NCBI GenBank assembly: GCA_049287005.1
Contig: JBAQEZ010000003.1
Location: 533,808-597,807 of the forward strand
Length of the DNA: 64,000 nucleotides
Direction of reading: 5' to 3'
Origin: Candidatus Moraniibacteriota bacterium
Lineage (GTDB): Bacteria; Patescibacteriota; Minisyncoccia; Moranbacterales; UBA1568
Shown here: positions 63,690 to 64,000 of the stretch, piece by piece
Layout: the number at the start of each line of letters is the position of its first letter
How positions within the stretch are numbered: the first letter of the stretch is position 1
Notes under the pieces: generated by a model
The model's input: only the letters and a program-made list of their open reading frames with translations
Told to the model about the DNA's origin: nothing
Databases searched by the model: none
Translations under genes and position numbers: made by a program

Positions 63690-63692
63690 AGG

Positions 63693-63999
63693 TTATTGAA
63701 GAAAACCATTGATAATATCCTTGTTTCCGAGAAGGAACTCAGCGATGTCAATACGCGTCTTGCCTTCCAGCTGTACCTCTTCCAGAAAGATCACCCCTTC
63801 GCTCGTCTGGACACCGACTTTCTCTCCGACTTCGAATACTTGACCCAGAGGGTAGGGTATCTGCGGAGATTGTTTCTGGTACGAAATACGATGCAGTTTT
63901 AAGCGCAACAGTTCATGCTCTTTTTTCCAAAAGACGAAAATACCTGGCCAAGGGGACAGCGCCCGAAAACGGTTATAAATACTCTCCGCGCTCTCGGTC
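63693..63999 (-). CDS. fmt: methionyl-tRNA formyltransferase, C-terminal part (gene continues beyond the window)
   Basis: The C-terminal domain pattern LEEVQLEGKTRIDIAEFLLG resembles the Fmt C-terminus (L.LQ.EGKK.MSA.DFLNG). The frame is open to the window end. Confidence 0.45.
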   Translation of the reverse strand, partial: TESAESIYNRFRALSPWPGIFVFWKKEHELLRLKLHRISYQKQSPQIPYPLGQVFEVGEKVGVQTSEGVIFLEEVQLEGKTRIDIAEFLLGNKDIINGFLQ

Positions 64000-64000
64000 C

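Noticed and set aside
1-64000. Search for CRISPR arrays, tRNA/rRNA genes, transposases, integrases or phage genes
   Set aside because: None were found. There are no regularly spaced direct repeats with unique spacers. No ORF has DDE-transposase or tyrosine-recombinase motifs. No sequence has tRNA-like cloverleaf anchors. The only repeats are the short intergenic motif family at 18.9 kb and 20.7 kb.

Overview
This 64 kb window is almost entirely one large cell-envelope glycan biosynthesis and tailoring supercluster. It contains no rRNA, tRNA, CRISPR array, transposase or integrase, but it does have a short intergenic repeat family present in at least two copies. All protein calls are from reading motifs in the supplied translations, because no database search was possible.

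The window has two compositionally distinct parts.

(i) Positions 1 to about 18.6 kb are AT-rich, at roughly 30-40% GC. This part holds two convergent operons packed with tailoring enzymes:
- a 5'-truncated nucleotidyltransferase/APH-fold kinase fusion;
- a KdsC-type HAD phosphatase;
- GDP-mannose 4,6-dehydratase;
- six class-I SAM methyltransferases alternating with GT4 glycosyltransferases;
- an AsnB-type amidotransferase;
- one GT2;
- a 706-aa polytopic membrane protein.

(ii) Positions about 18.6 to 62.4 kb are about 50% GC. This part holds:
- GalE, Ugd and a WecC/WbpA-like nucleotide-sugar dehydrogenase;
- four polyprenyl-phosphate-sugar synthase candidates: two GtrB/ArnC-like with C-terminal TM helices and two short DPM1-like GT2, one of them paired with a DUF2304-like small membrane protein;
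- several candidate lipid-linked-sugar flippases: a Wzx flippase, an EamA/DMT protein and an LPG-synthase-TM/flippase-like protein;
- further GT2 and GT4 glycosyltransferases;
- an O-antigen-ligase-like protein and an LCP family protein;
- a family of six paralogous GT-C membrane glycosyltransferases (GT39/ArnT/PMT-like), five of them in tight tandem, next to another GT39-like protein and a membrane-anchored GH28 beta-helix hydrolase.

Embedded in one polysaccharide operon and translationally coupled to its neighbours (ATGA overlaps) are an intact RtcB RNA ligase and a divergent thymidylate-kinase-like P-loop kinase.

The right edge (about 61.1-64 kb) carries housekeeping genes: an S41 C-terminal processing protease, an orphan groES with a CIRCE-like half-site, a tandem-rhodanese protein and the C-terminus of fmt.

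Several near-consensus sigma70-type promoters and rho-independent terminators are visible by eye. The phosphoglycosyl transferase expected to prime Wzx/LCP-dependent assembly is not in the window.

My inference is that the source organism is a monoderm-like or CPR-like bacterium. The LCP protein and the lack of outer-membrane genes point that way. This is not proven.
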